A stretch of DNA of 64,000 nucleotides from Auanema rhodensis (taxonomy: Eukaryota; Animalia; Nematoda): assembly GCA_964057225.1 (NCBI GenBank), contig OZ059895.1, forward strand, positions 14,880,001 to 14,944,000, read 5' to 3'. Positions 14,985 through 26,463 of this stretch are shown here, one piece after another (within the stretch, counting starts at the first letter, position 1; each line of letters begins with the position of its first letter). The notes under the pieces were generated by a model. It was not told where the DNA came from. It did no database searches and saw nothing but the letters and a program-made list of their open reading frames with translations. Made by a program: the position numbers and the translations under genes.

Positions 14985-15440
14985 CTCCACAATCGGGCAT
15001 AAACTGAATTATTATGATCAGAAATTGATATTCAATGTATTATCGTTAGATTTCTATTTAATTTCTTTTTGACTATACATAACCTTTTTGTGAAATTAAA
15101 TACCCGCCTTAAAAATACTTATTATTTTTTAACAATATCTATTCACCAAATAAGAAAAAGAAAAACTAATTCTTACAGAGTTAAACGAATAATTCAAAAA
15201 ATATAAAGGTCGCTTTTCAAATAGTCCTGGCGCGCGCGCATTTAAGTGTGTTTGTTGAATACTCAGGCAATAGAAGGCAAATTTTGACGTGCTATTTTGC
15301 ATTTTTCCCAATTTTTTCGTTATTTTCAAGATTTTTATGTGGTTTTGTTTCGTTATTTTTGATATTATTAGACTTTTTCTGAATATCCACTGACTAAGAA
15401 ATTATTCTAGAGTATTTATATTTTTTTTTATAGTAATCAA
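14985..15440. promoter_or_regulatory. Shared divergent promoter region between dcr-1 and rpl-6
   Basis: 456 bp between the oppositely oriented ATGs. A central GGCGCGCGCGCA element (~15229-15240) is flanked by A/T tracts, and trans-splice-like acceptors lie just upstream of both ATGs (TTCAG on - at 15004-15008; TTTTATAG on + ending 15433). Confidence 0.65.
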
Positions 15441-16292
15441 ATGGTGGGTCAGAGAAATATCCCAGCCTTTGGGCGCAATTTCGATCTTTCTCCAGGAGTT
15501 AGCAGATTCTCTGCTGCCCGCCTCTACTTGAAGAGAGGAGCCAAGGTCCCAAAGTTCGCCAAGAACGTTAAGGAGGTATTATTGATTTTATATTTTAAAT
15601 TGTTATTTTAATTTTTAGCCAGCTAACCTCGCTCTTACCCGTGCTGCCCCCAAGTTCAAGCTTGGACACTCCAAGAAGGTCTCTCTCCGCAAGACCATCA
15701 CCCCAGGAACCGTCCTCATTGTTTTGGCTGGAAGACATAAGGGAAAGCGTGTTGTTTTCTTGAAGCAACTCGAGAAGTCCGGTCTTCTCCTCGTCACTGG
15801 TATGTAATTTATTTTAGTATTCAATTATATTTATTACTACTATTCCTATATATTCTATATTCATTAATTTTAATTTATAATTGCGAAATATGTTTTATTT
15901 TTTAGGACCCCACAAGTTGAACAACTTCCCACTTAGAAGAATTGCTCAATCTTTCGTTATTGCCACCAGAACTAAGGTCGATGTTTCCGGAGTTAAGGTC
16001 CCAGATCACATCAACGACGATTACTTCAAGAGAAAGGCTGTTCCAGCCAAGAAGGGAGACAACATCTTCGCTTCCGGAAAGTCCGAGTACAAGGTTTTTG
16101 TTTTGAATTATGTTTTTTAAATTATTTTATTGTATTCAGGTCACTGAACAAAGAAAGACCGACCAGAAGGCCGTTGATAAGGCTGTCCTCGCCTCCATCA
16201 AGAAGAATAAGGACTCTAAGGCTCTTCTCGGATATTTGGGATCCAGATTCTGTCTTGCTAAGGGACAATACCCCCACAAGATGTTGTTCTAA
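15441..16292 (+). CDS. rpl-6: 60S ribosomal protein L6 (eL6), 4 exons, 218 aa
   Basis: Exons 15441-15575, 15619-15799, 15906-16093 and 16140-16292 splice in frame. Motifs [45 protein letters not shown] and C-terminal YPHKMLF; strongly biased codon usage. Confidence 0.97.
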
Positions 16293-16434
16293 TTTTGTTG
16301 TTCATAAATTGTTATAAAAAAAATCCCTTTAAAAATTAGAACACTTTATTATTTGCTGATGGCTTAACTTATACAAATCACATGGGTTGGGGATGGGGAT
16401 TATTAATCACCGTTGCTTTTCATAGCTCTAAAGA

Positions 16435-19400
16435 TCAAGATTGTAATGTATGGCATATTAAGTCGACATCGTTTCCGTTTTTCTTGAATACTGGTTGCTG
16501 ACTGGGTTGATCAGCTGGGAAGACTCTGATTGCTTTTGCCTTTCCTCCTAATGAGCATTGAATTATGGAAGCCACTTGAATAGGTGGGCGACGCATGTTC
16601 AACCTAAATATAATAGTTAGTTTTAATAATTGCAAAATGTTTATTACTTATCAAGATGGGCAAGAAGGGTACCGATTACTTCACCAATACGATCCTCTTC
16701 CTTGGGATTCTTAGTGCAACCAAGAATGTCATTCTCTCCGAGATGGAATACGATTAATCCATTGGGTTCCGGTGTTACGGAAATTTTCAGTATCTGAAAT
16801 TAATATCAATTTGAGGTAAATAGGACTTTTACTGGTTTTACGTTTTGCAATGGAACTGGCTCTTTGAGTAACTTGAACTTCTTCGTGTCTAATTTGGCTA
16901 TATAGCGGTCAGTTATGATGAGAAGACGTAAGGAGGATTTATTGAATTTATTGAACTTTTGAATGTAGGTGCTGAATAGCAATTTTCCATATGGGTGTGT
17001 TTGACATAAAACGCTGCACCCTTCTCTGTATTGAAGATTTGAACTTCCTATCTCGTGCTCTTCTTGCTAAAGTAGAGTTTTTTTAAATATTATTTTAAGA
17101 CAATACAATACCTGAAGAAGATAGTCTCCTTTCCAAAAACGGGAGTATCCCCAAAGATCTCTTTTTCCATTAAGTGATTCAAAAGCTGCAATCTTCTGTG
17201 GTAATGACTCTCTTAAATGTTGGGGAATGCGATTGAGAATAGTTGCTGCTCTCCAACGTCTGTGCACAACCTGTAAAATGTATGTTCTTTTTTTAGTTTA
17301 ACAGGCTTTTCACCTTCAATTTATTAACAAATGGAGCAAGTACCACTGGTGGGGCAGGCCATCGGACGCTTTTTCCTAAATCTCGCATGTTCTTAACACC
17401 CCTGCAAAATGAAATTTTTAACTGGCTTGTTATTAGCTCTTACTTGAAAGCATTGATAACACTAAAGATGTATGTTCTTAATTTGTATTTGCGATAAGTA
17501 GCCATAATAAGGTAAACCGCCCTGATTTGCTTATACTTTCTTCGTGCTTGATAGCCTCTAACCATCTGAAAGAAAAGCGTTGAGTTCACAATTAAGTGTC
17601 GACTCTAATCTTGCCTTCTGTAAGAAAGTAACAACTTCTGGTAACTTTTGGCTTCTCAGTTCTTCCAGCCGGAAAACTGTTTGAGGGCTTCTAATGAAGA
17701 CCTAAAAGAATGGAACTAAGATACTTCATGAAAAAAGTTGATCGACCTTAGTTCTTCCATTTACACAATCTTGAGCTTCACCAACGTGCTGTAGAATTTT
17801 GGTGCAATTATCTCGTGGTGAACCACCTCGGGGATTTGGCCAGGTAGCTGGACATAGCATCTTGTACCTAATATATTGTTGTAATATTTAGTTTTTGAGA
17901 ATATTTACCTGTTGATGAAACGATCATATGGCATTCTGTGAGCAAAGCCTGCTCTGCGAACTCTGACATTTTCTAAGAGACCCAAATATCGGGCTTGATG
18001 CTCTACACGTTCAATATCAAATACTGAACGACTCTTCTCTTCATTAGGCTTGATGCATCTGATATAGTATGGCTCTTTACTAGCTAATTGGGCTACCAAA
18101 TCAGCCATAGAATTCTGAATTATTCTCATCGTAATTTAATAATTTTTCTTCAAACTAACCTTAAATATATATCCTGCAGTTGGAGGTCTTCTGTTTACTT
18201 CACGCACGGATTTTGATCCATCAGGGAACAGAGCACGAAGGAGAAGGTCTTTGCTTAAAATAAATAGTTAACAAAAGCCAATGAATACTGAAATAACCTG
18301 TTGAATAGTAGACGCTTAAGGTCTTGGTACAACGTATCTCTATTCTTGTCCATGAAACTTTCTACTGTATATGTTACGTCACCAGCATAATGAGTAATTC
18401 TGAAGTATCGTGATGCAAATAAATTATATTATCTTTATTTACCGGAAATCTTCGAAACCAATAGTCTTATCCGATTGTTTTACACCTCTACTGCTGTAAT
18501 GCCCGTGACTACCCATCTTCTTATCTAATTCACCCAAGAAAACCTGGAAAAAAAATTATTACGGTGAATAGATTTCGTGTGAATTATGTCTTCTAAGATA
18601 AGAATTTCTCATTAAAAGAATCATTGGTGCTCTAAGCTCTTTTTTTTGCTTTGAACGCTCGTATTATTGGCAAGATATTACCTTATCAGTAATGCGTCCA
18701 ATTGAAGCGCAGGCGTCATCAAGAGTGGCAAGAATTCCATTACGGGGATGCTCGACCAAATCGCAAATAATCTGAGATATATGAGTTATTCCAAAAAAGT
18801 AAAATAGTTAAATAACCTTATTGTTGAAGTAATCTATCTTTTTCCATTGAATTCCTTCTCTTTCGTATTCTTCCTGTTCTTGCTTTAACACCAACTCAAT
18901 GAATAGTTGTTGAAGTTTTTCGTTGCAATAGTTGATACATAGCTGTTCAAAGCTTAACAAGAAATTATGAAAGATAATTCAGTAATCATTGTGTTACCTA
19001 TTTTTACCAAAAATTTCAAAACCGTAGATATCAAGCACGCCGATAACGGTTGTCTTACTATATCTGGAAGTATTTTCTACACTGATGGCATCATTCACTT
19101 GCTGGACAATCCAAGAGAAGAGTCTTTCATAAACAGCCTAAAAACACAAATTTTAAATATATGTTATCGTTTCTGTGTCAACCTTAGCCAAGGCATCTCT
19201 TGTGTATAGTGCGGCATTAACGTCGTGTGCTTTTGTAACAACATCACCTCTAGCAGCAACAACCTAAAAGAAATAAATGATTTTTTCTTTCCTAATCACA
19301 ATTCACCTGGGAACAGAGAGCGTTTTGGAGCTGAGATATGCTAACTCCCAGACATTTGGCCGCTACTGATAGGACCTCCCGATTAGCAACTAAACTACCA

Positions 19401-22400
19401 CCAGATGTTCCTTCATCCGGAACAAATGTGATATTTCCCAAATGCAATATAGCAGCAATCGTGGACCATAACTGTAATAACCGAATTGATCATCATATTT
19501 CCATAATTTCTTTATCGTACGCTATCAGTCATGGCTTGCTTGATATTGCTAATGGTTTTAAGAGCCTGCTGTACTTCCTTAAAATCTTTGGCATCATCGA
19601 TACTTGTAACCTGAAAAGTGTAATGCAAACTGAGGAATCAACACTATTTGTTCAAACCCTATCAGAGTTTCCTTGATTTAAGTAATAGTATCTTCTGGGA
19701 TCATTTTTCAGCCCTAGTTCGTTCAAGCGAGAACTATCAAGTCCCCTGAGAAGTTGATAGAAAACATGGAAATTTCGTTCTCCCGTTTGCTGCCGAACAA
19801 CACGAGACTAAATTGCAACATACAGAGAAGTTGTCAAATTGGAAGTTCACACCTTTTCGAGGAGATAGTTGGATATATTTCCACCGACAGGGTCGCCATT
19901 AAAATTGAAGTTGATTTGCATATATTTTCCAAAACGACTTGAATTATCATTTCTTGTAGTTTTCGCACATCCCAATGATTCCAAAATACAGTTAGATCTC
20001 AGTAAAATGTTTTTGACTCTACAAAAAAAGTACAATTATTCCAGTTAATGTTTTCCCGTTTATAAGGTACTAAACATGTGAAAATTTACAGTTTTGCAAC
20101 AATTTTTCTATTTTCACTATAGATTTTGCGCTATATTCTCCGCTATTCTTATTCGTTAAACAGGGTTTTAACATTGAAAAGTAAATGAGAACAAATAAAA
20201 CAGCGTTGTACTCTGTGTTCAAAAAAAAAAAGACCCGAATTGCACATTATCCGGTTGAAGGTTAACTATGAGACATTATATGTATGTATGTAAACCCTCT
20301 GTACTGTATCCCCTTTTTCAATGTTGACTTGTAAATCAACAACGAACTCAATCAAGAAAGCTAACTGCTGTCTACTCTGGAATAGAAACATGGTTAGATA
20401 AACCATTAAGCACATTATATATTCGTCTACTCATCACATAGTTACAAACAGCGTTGATGGAAATGTAATGAGATCATGCGATCTTAGAATTAACTAATTT
20501 CAACAATTAAATAATGTTCATTCTCGCTAATGATGTTCACCCAAGAACATCATGTTTCTCTTCATTCTGAAAATCATGGTTTGCCATTTCTTGAATAGTA
20601 ATGATGATTTGACACAGACAATTAGTCTGAGGAACGGATTGATTGAAACAGTATTATTGGAAACATAAATTCAATATTTCTATTTTCGAAGTCGCGCACA
20701 AAAAAATTTTTTTTTCGCATTAGCATCAATCGATTCATAGCTGAATCAATTATGCTAAGTTAAGCTTCTAAAAATCCTCCAAAACAGCCAACGATTCCGG
20801 AATTTGGTGGCCTTGCCAAGTTCGAAACCTTAGTTAAATCATGAAACCAGAGTCAAGTCAATCGTTTCTCATTCCCCTCAACCTCTGGACTCATCTATCT
20901 ATGCGAACATATTAGAACTATATAACGATGTGGTAGTTAATCGGATTAGTCTATTCTATGTTACCTCATTTCCACCCATTCAAAGATCTTCTAATACAAA
21001 AATTTGAAGAAATGTTTTTCGATGTTTCAAAAATCTCTACAAAAAATCCGAAATTATGGCTATTTTCGGAATATTGAGAAATGCTCCCTTAGAAGTAATG
21101 TGCCATGAAGCTGAATCTTTTGGGTGACTACCACATGAATAGAGATATAGATATGACACTTATAAGGGACAGATGGCTAACGCATGAACAAAGTGCCTAA
21201 AGATAATCATCTTGTCTTGTCCAGCCTGAAGGGTATCCGCGTGGAGACCCTCCAGCTGACAGATAGCACGGTTCATCTATAGCTACTAGCTTACACTAAT
21301 CTTTGAACATTAGGACAGTAATTAAAAAAGCAAGCGCACACATGTTCAGTTATAGGTCAGAAACAACATGTCAAATATGAATGATGTACAAGCAACTGAC
21401 CGTTCAATTTCGCGCTGTTGTTGTACATTAGTAATAGCAGCTAAGTATCTCATTATTATTTTGGATGTTTCCGTTTTTCCTGCTCCAGATTCGCCTATGA
21501 TTAATATCTTTGTTAGCATTGTCTTCGCATCACATATCTTACCAGAAATGACAATACATGAATCACGTCCATACCGCTTCATCGATCTATAAGCAGCATC
21601 AGCAATAGCAAAAGCATGAGGTGGACGTTCATATAGCTCTCGTCCCTATAATATAGTATATTATTCATATTATTAGTAAAAAAGTAAACAAGCCTTGTAT
21701 TTATCAATCGTTCCCTTTTCATATATTTCAAGATTTCGATACGGATTGACGGCAATCAGTACCTCTCCAATGTATGTATAAATTCGACTTTTCGAAAATC
21801 TGAAATGTTTAGGAAATCAAATATGATGATAATAGTATACAACCGTGCTCTGTTTTGAAGATTTGCAAAATAAAATTCAAAGTTCACGTAACGCGCGCAA
21901 CAATGGCCTAGGCTAATTGCTCTCTTCAGCTCATTATTCGATTTTTTTAAAAATGCACAAAGATATATGCATATGCTGTGTCATCATATACATAAATCTT
22001 TTCAGTTTTCATATTCTTTCCTACTACTGACATGTGGATTTGCTTGTTCAGACAAGCATCTGCAGTACAAGAGTCATAACTAGGTACCTACTAATGCGAT
22101 AACTAGCTTAAGAACAGATGAAAAATGAAATCGACCATGTCTCTGACTGACAAATAACCGTATTTGCTCTTTGTCTGAAGATTTTAACAAAACAAGTCAG
22201 TGTCTATCTAAGGTATAAAGAAAATGAAGAGGAAATGACAATCAACCGACAGCTGGCAACTTTTTTGTTTTTTTTTCCTTTTGGGCATTTTTTAAATGAA
22301 AACATCTGCTTTTTGCATTATTATTGCGTATAAAGAATTTGTTGAGTAAATTTTGAATCATATATATTCTTAGGTATAATTGAAATTTGAAATACGATTC

Positions 22401-22790
22401 TCTATTTTTTTTCTATGACTCATAGACTTGATCTTCGATTGCACAAATATGTAAAGCATGCTTACGAAATTCTTCGACTATTTTAAGCAATGGCACATCA
22501 TTGCGTAAGTTGCTAATACTTGCCTTCGTTCTCATAAAAACCATTGAGACATGAGTGAATGCATTGATGATTATTCAAAAGCTTAGCATTAGAAGATATT
22601 TCAAAATAGTTTAGAAAATAGAAATAAATAAATGATTATTGAGCAAATTATTAAGAGCATTTCATGAAAAATATTAAAAAATTAATTACCTGAGCCGCAA
22701 ATTATCGACGATATGTGGCAAATCAATAGTGGAGAGAAGAACCAGATCTTCAACTCCATACTCTTTAGGATCATGCTCTGCCAACGCCAT
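16435..22790 (-). CDS. hum-5: Class I unconventional myosin heavy chain (MYO1D/G-like)
   Basis: [19 protein letters not shown] start, [16 protein letters not shown]-loop [45 protein letters not shown] motif [12 protein letters not shown] and a short TH1-type tail without SH3; TGA at 16435-16437. Confidence 0.93.
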
Positions 22791-24467
22791 GATAACTGAG
22801 GAATTAAATACCTTTAAAAATGTGATCTTCAGGACTTTAAAAATGAAAAAAAGCTATTACACACAAAAAATGCATTCATAATGTAATAATGAAAAATTAA
22901 ATGATTATATAAATAATTTGAATTTCAATGCTATAAACAACATATTATTCATGGTTTATGACTACATTCGTCATTATGAAATTACTACAACGCCAAGTTT
23001 TCTTAAATTCATGAAACTTTTGGCGAGCGCAATTGGGAACAAATCATATTGGTGATGAATAAATGGTAGATAGTTGGAAAAAGGAAGAAAAAACATGAAT
23101 TTTCTCACGATATAAGTCGTTGGCAATCACAAAAGCACTGAGTATTAGATATGATAGGGGTGAGAGGTAATTAGTTTTTAGATTATTGCAACTAGAAATC
23201 ATATAGAAATGGTTTGACTGTTTGTGAAATGATTATTCATAACCGAAGAACAACTACAGATAAGAGGAGCACAGTACCTCTTTTTGGTCGATCAGAATGC
23301 CTAGCTATTGAAAAATCAATAAATCAACAAAAGAAATCGGTCCTGGAAACCGGAAAAGGTAAACATGTTATAAGTTTCAGACATTTGATAACTAAATAAT
23401 TGCAAGAAAACTTTCTTTGCTGAGAACTAGAAGTTATAAATCAGAGAATATACTAAGTAAATGGATTAAGGGCACCAAGTTGTTTACAAAGCTCATGCGT
23501 CCCCTTACAATCAGTTCCGTCCACCTTTTTTTCTGAACTCGCCTACTCAAGCCTCGCAAAAGCGCAAGATTGTGAGGAATAGAACTTGAATTAGTCGAAT
23601 AATAAAATGAAATAAAATAAATTCCAATAGAAAAATAGTAATATATGTGATAAGAGCTAATATTTAGAGAGTTGGTGGGAGAGAAAAAGAACAAGAGAGA
23701 GAGAGAGAGAGAGTGGGGGGGGGGGCTAGGAGATGAGAAGAGAAAATGGAAACATAGAGGGCAACTGAGATGAAAAAGGAGAAAAATAGAGCAACAGATA
23801 AGCTTTATATGGCAGAGAGAATGATTGTGATTTTAGTTCTCGCTGTATGTTAAATATGTGAAGGAATCAATTTGTGAACGATGACGAGATAGAAATAGCA
23901 ATCGAGAGCGCTAGGAATAGTAATCTTATTTCTATTTTATCATTTAAAATTGTTCTTAACGATTTGATATGAAGTAGGACCTGGACATTGAATACGCTGA
24001 ATTCTATGTTTTGGGTAAGAATTTCAGCCATGAACCCCGTACAAAGTAGGTCATACTTGATAGATTATGCAAATTTTACTGGTCAACGATCAGATTTTCC
24101 ACTTTGTTATGCTTCTTTTGTATCATAATTTCCTTATATGATGACCAACAGGATTGTTTATGAAGCATAATGTTGCAAAACGTTTTGAACAGGAAAGAAA
24201 AAGAACAGAAGATTGAAAACGTAGGTGTATAGAGTGCTTACTTGATGAGAAATAAGTAATATGAGTAGATAGTAAAGGAATAGATAGTTAATAGTATTAG
24301 TTATGTACTACACATTGAGCACTACGTTTACTAGGATTGATGTTTCAATCACAGAATTGTTAACGATATGTTAAAAGCATGTGTGAGAAGCATAGCAATA
24401 GCCCAAACAAAACACTAAACAAGTCTTTAAAGAACGAAACGGTCGGAGGGATGGTACAAAACGAGCA

Positions 24468-24552
24468 GAGACAGGGCAAGCAAAGTAGAAAGCCGTTTCA
24501 TGACGTCATTTTGCGTCATAGAAACGGTTTTTAAGCTTTCCTTGTATGTCTT
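24468..24552 (+). ncRNA. Candidate pri-miRNA hairpin (no family recognised)
   Basis: ~85-nt imperfect hairpin with >30 pairs: GACA-GG-GCAAG-C-AAAG-TA-GAAAGCCGTTTC-ATGACG-loop-CGTCAT-A-GAAACGGTTTTT-AAG-CTTT-C-CTTGT-A-TGTC. Several G-U pairs favour the + strand. Confidence 0.45.
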
Positions 24553-26463
24553 GAGACGGATTAGCAACAGTACAATATAACGTTCTGTAATTATCAGATA
24601 AACAAGGCGGGAAAATACTAGAAACTTATAGCGACATTCAAGAAATACAAGGTTATCCCTACTAGATGTTTCAATTGATCGTCATTTTCAAAAGTATCGA
24701 ATTTGACTGTGATGAGATTGTGTGAAAAAACATGGAAAAGCTACTATAAACTAAAATAAAAAAATCTATATGCCATCTGAGAGTAAAAAGGGGAATAGTG
24801 ATACATTGAATATTATACTAAATTATTATAAATATTATTCATAGATCATGGATGAAGTCCATTCAGAAAAATTCTTTAAACAGATACACGGTCCAAATAT
24901 AGAGACGATTCTCATTGTGAACGGGTATAATGAGCTGTCAAAATAGGAGAAGTGAATCGGACAGACAGCAAGATCAATAGTCCTAAAGAGCCATATTAGG
25001 TAACCAGATGTTCAGCAAACCGCTTCAACTATATATGGTTTGGGGTGAGGTTTAGAATAACCAAATGAAGAAGGATGAGAACAAGCAGAAAAGGAAGACA
25101 AGGAAGGGAAAAAGCCGTCTGTTCCAATAGACGAAAGGCCCAGAAATATAAGAAAGCATCCGTTCAAAGACATTGAAAGCTCCGCCTCTTTTCACTCAAA
25201 ATCTTTCGGTCAGGAGAGAATGAAAGGAATTGTGGACATCGACAACCCCTCACTGTTTTAATTATGACCAGACTCGGAAAACAACTGTCACTACATGTCC
25301 GAGTATTTGGAAACAACCGACTTAGACGATTAGAACTATCACTATTGCTCACAAATCTCAATGTGAAGTAACTATCTAATGGTTAACTAGTAAAATATAT
25401 ATAATCAAGTAGCGTAATATGATCTGAAACCATAGCTATTCATGAGAACAGAATATTTTCGTTATTTCATTCGTATTATACATAGAAAGAAGTATAAGTT
25501 GTTCTATAGTCGTACATAGTACTTTTTGAAATGGCGGTAAAGATGACCCAAATAAAAACTCTTTTCGCGCTTTTGAAATTCGAAATTTGAGTTTCATTGC
25601 ATGCAGTAACCGGGCTCTATTCTACGTTTTTTTAAATTTTAAAATAAAAAAAAATATAAAAAGTGATCTTTACCTCAAAAATCTAATCTGAAAATTCAGT
25701 TTTAGTTTCACAGCCAGTAACAATATAAAAACACGGAGAAATGGCTTTACGTCATTTTCACGTAAAGAATCATCAAGTGTAAAAACACTCCGATTTGAGC
25801 CGATTACTCTACAATGATGGCATGTGTTTAACTGTAAAAATTAACAAAACGGCGGAGAATTCAATACTTTCTGGAAAGCGTCAGAGCAATTTGAAAGAAG
25901 TTCCTGTAAAAACTGTTTCTTTTGTTTATCTTTTCTCTAAAACTTCTGTATTAGATGACTTTGCACAAAGAGCAAAAAGGAACATTCCCAAAGTCTGGAA
26001 CTTCGTATGGCCTAGACAAATCAAATTATTATTAGAAACATCTAATTTAACCTACTATACACAATTATAAATAGACTAAATATATTTCTGGGTAAAGAAA
26101 GACGTGTTTAGTCCTCAATCGAGGTACTTTTTCAAATTTCCCCAACTTTAACAGTACGTAAAATTGATAAAGAATCAATAATATTTCTACATGTAATAAT
26201 GTATCTGATTAAGGCTTACTTCGACTAATTTGGTTTTACCGCACAGTTTTGGCGCCAACTGGAATGAGTTCGGATATCCATATTTGGCAGTAAATTGGTT
26301 CCCGCCGCTAATGGAAGCCTTTAAATAACACGTTCGTTTATTTGATTATTGATTACTTTTTTTTTATTATAAATTTTGGGAGAATTCTTAAAGTCTTAAA
26401 GTTATTTCTTTATATTTAGCTGTGATTTATATATTAAATTTGCATGCAATATCTACTTCTAAC

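Noticed and set aside
21841-22200. Two similar segments in hum-5 intron 1 (AACCGT..GCTCT..GAAGATTT..CAAAA) as alternative coding exons
   Set aside because: One lacks an in-frame ATG and the other has an in-frame TGA; at most they are non-coding or chance similarity.
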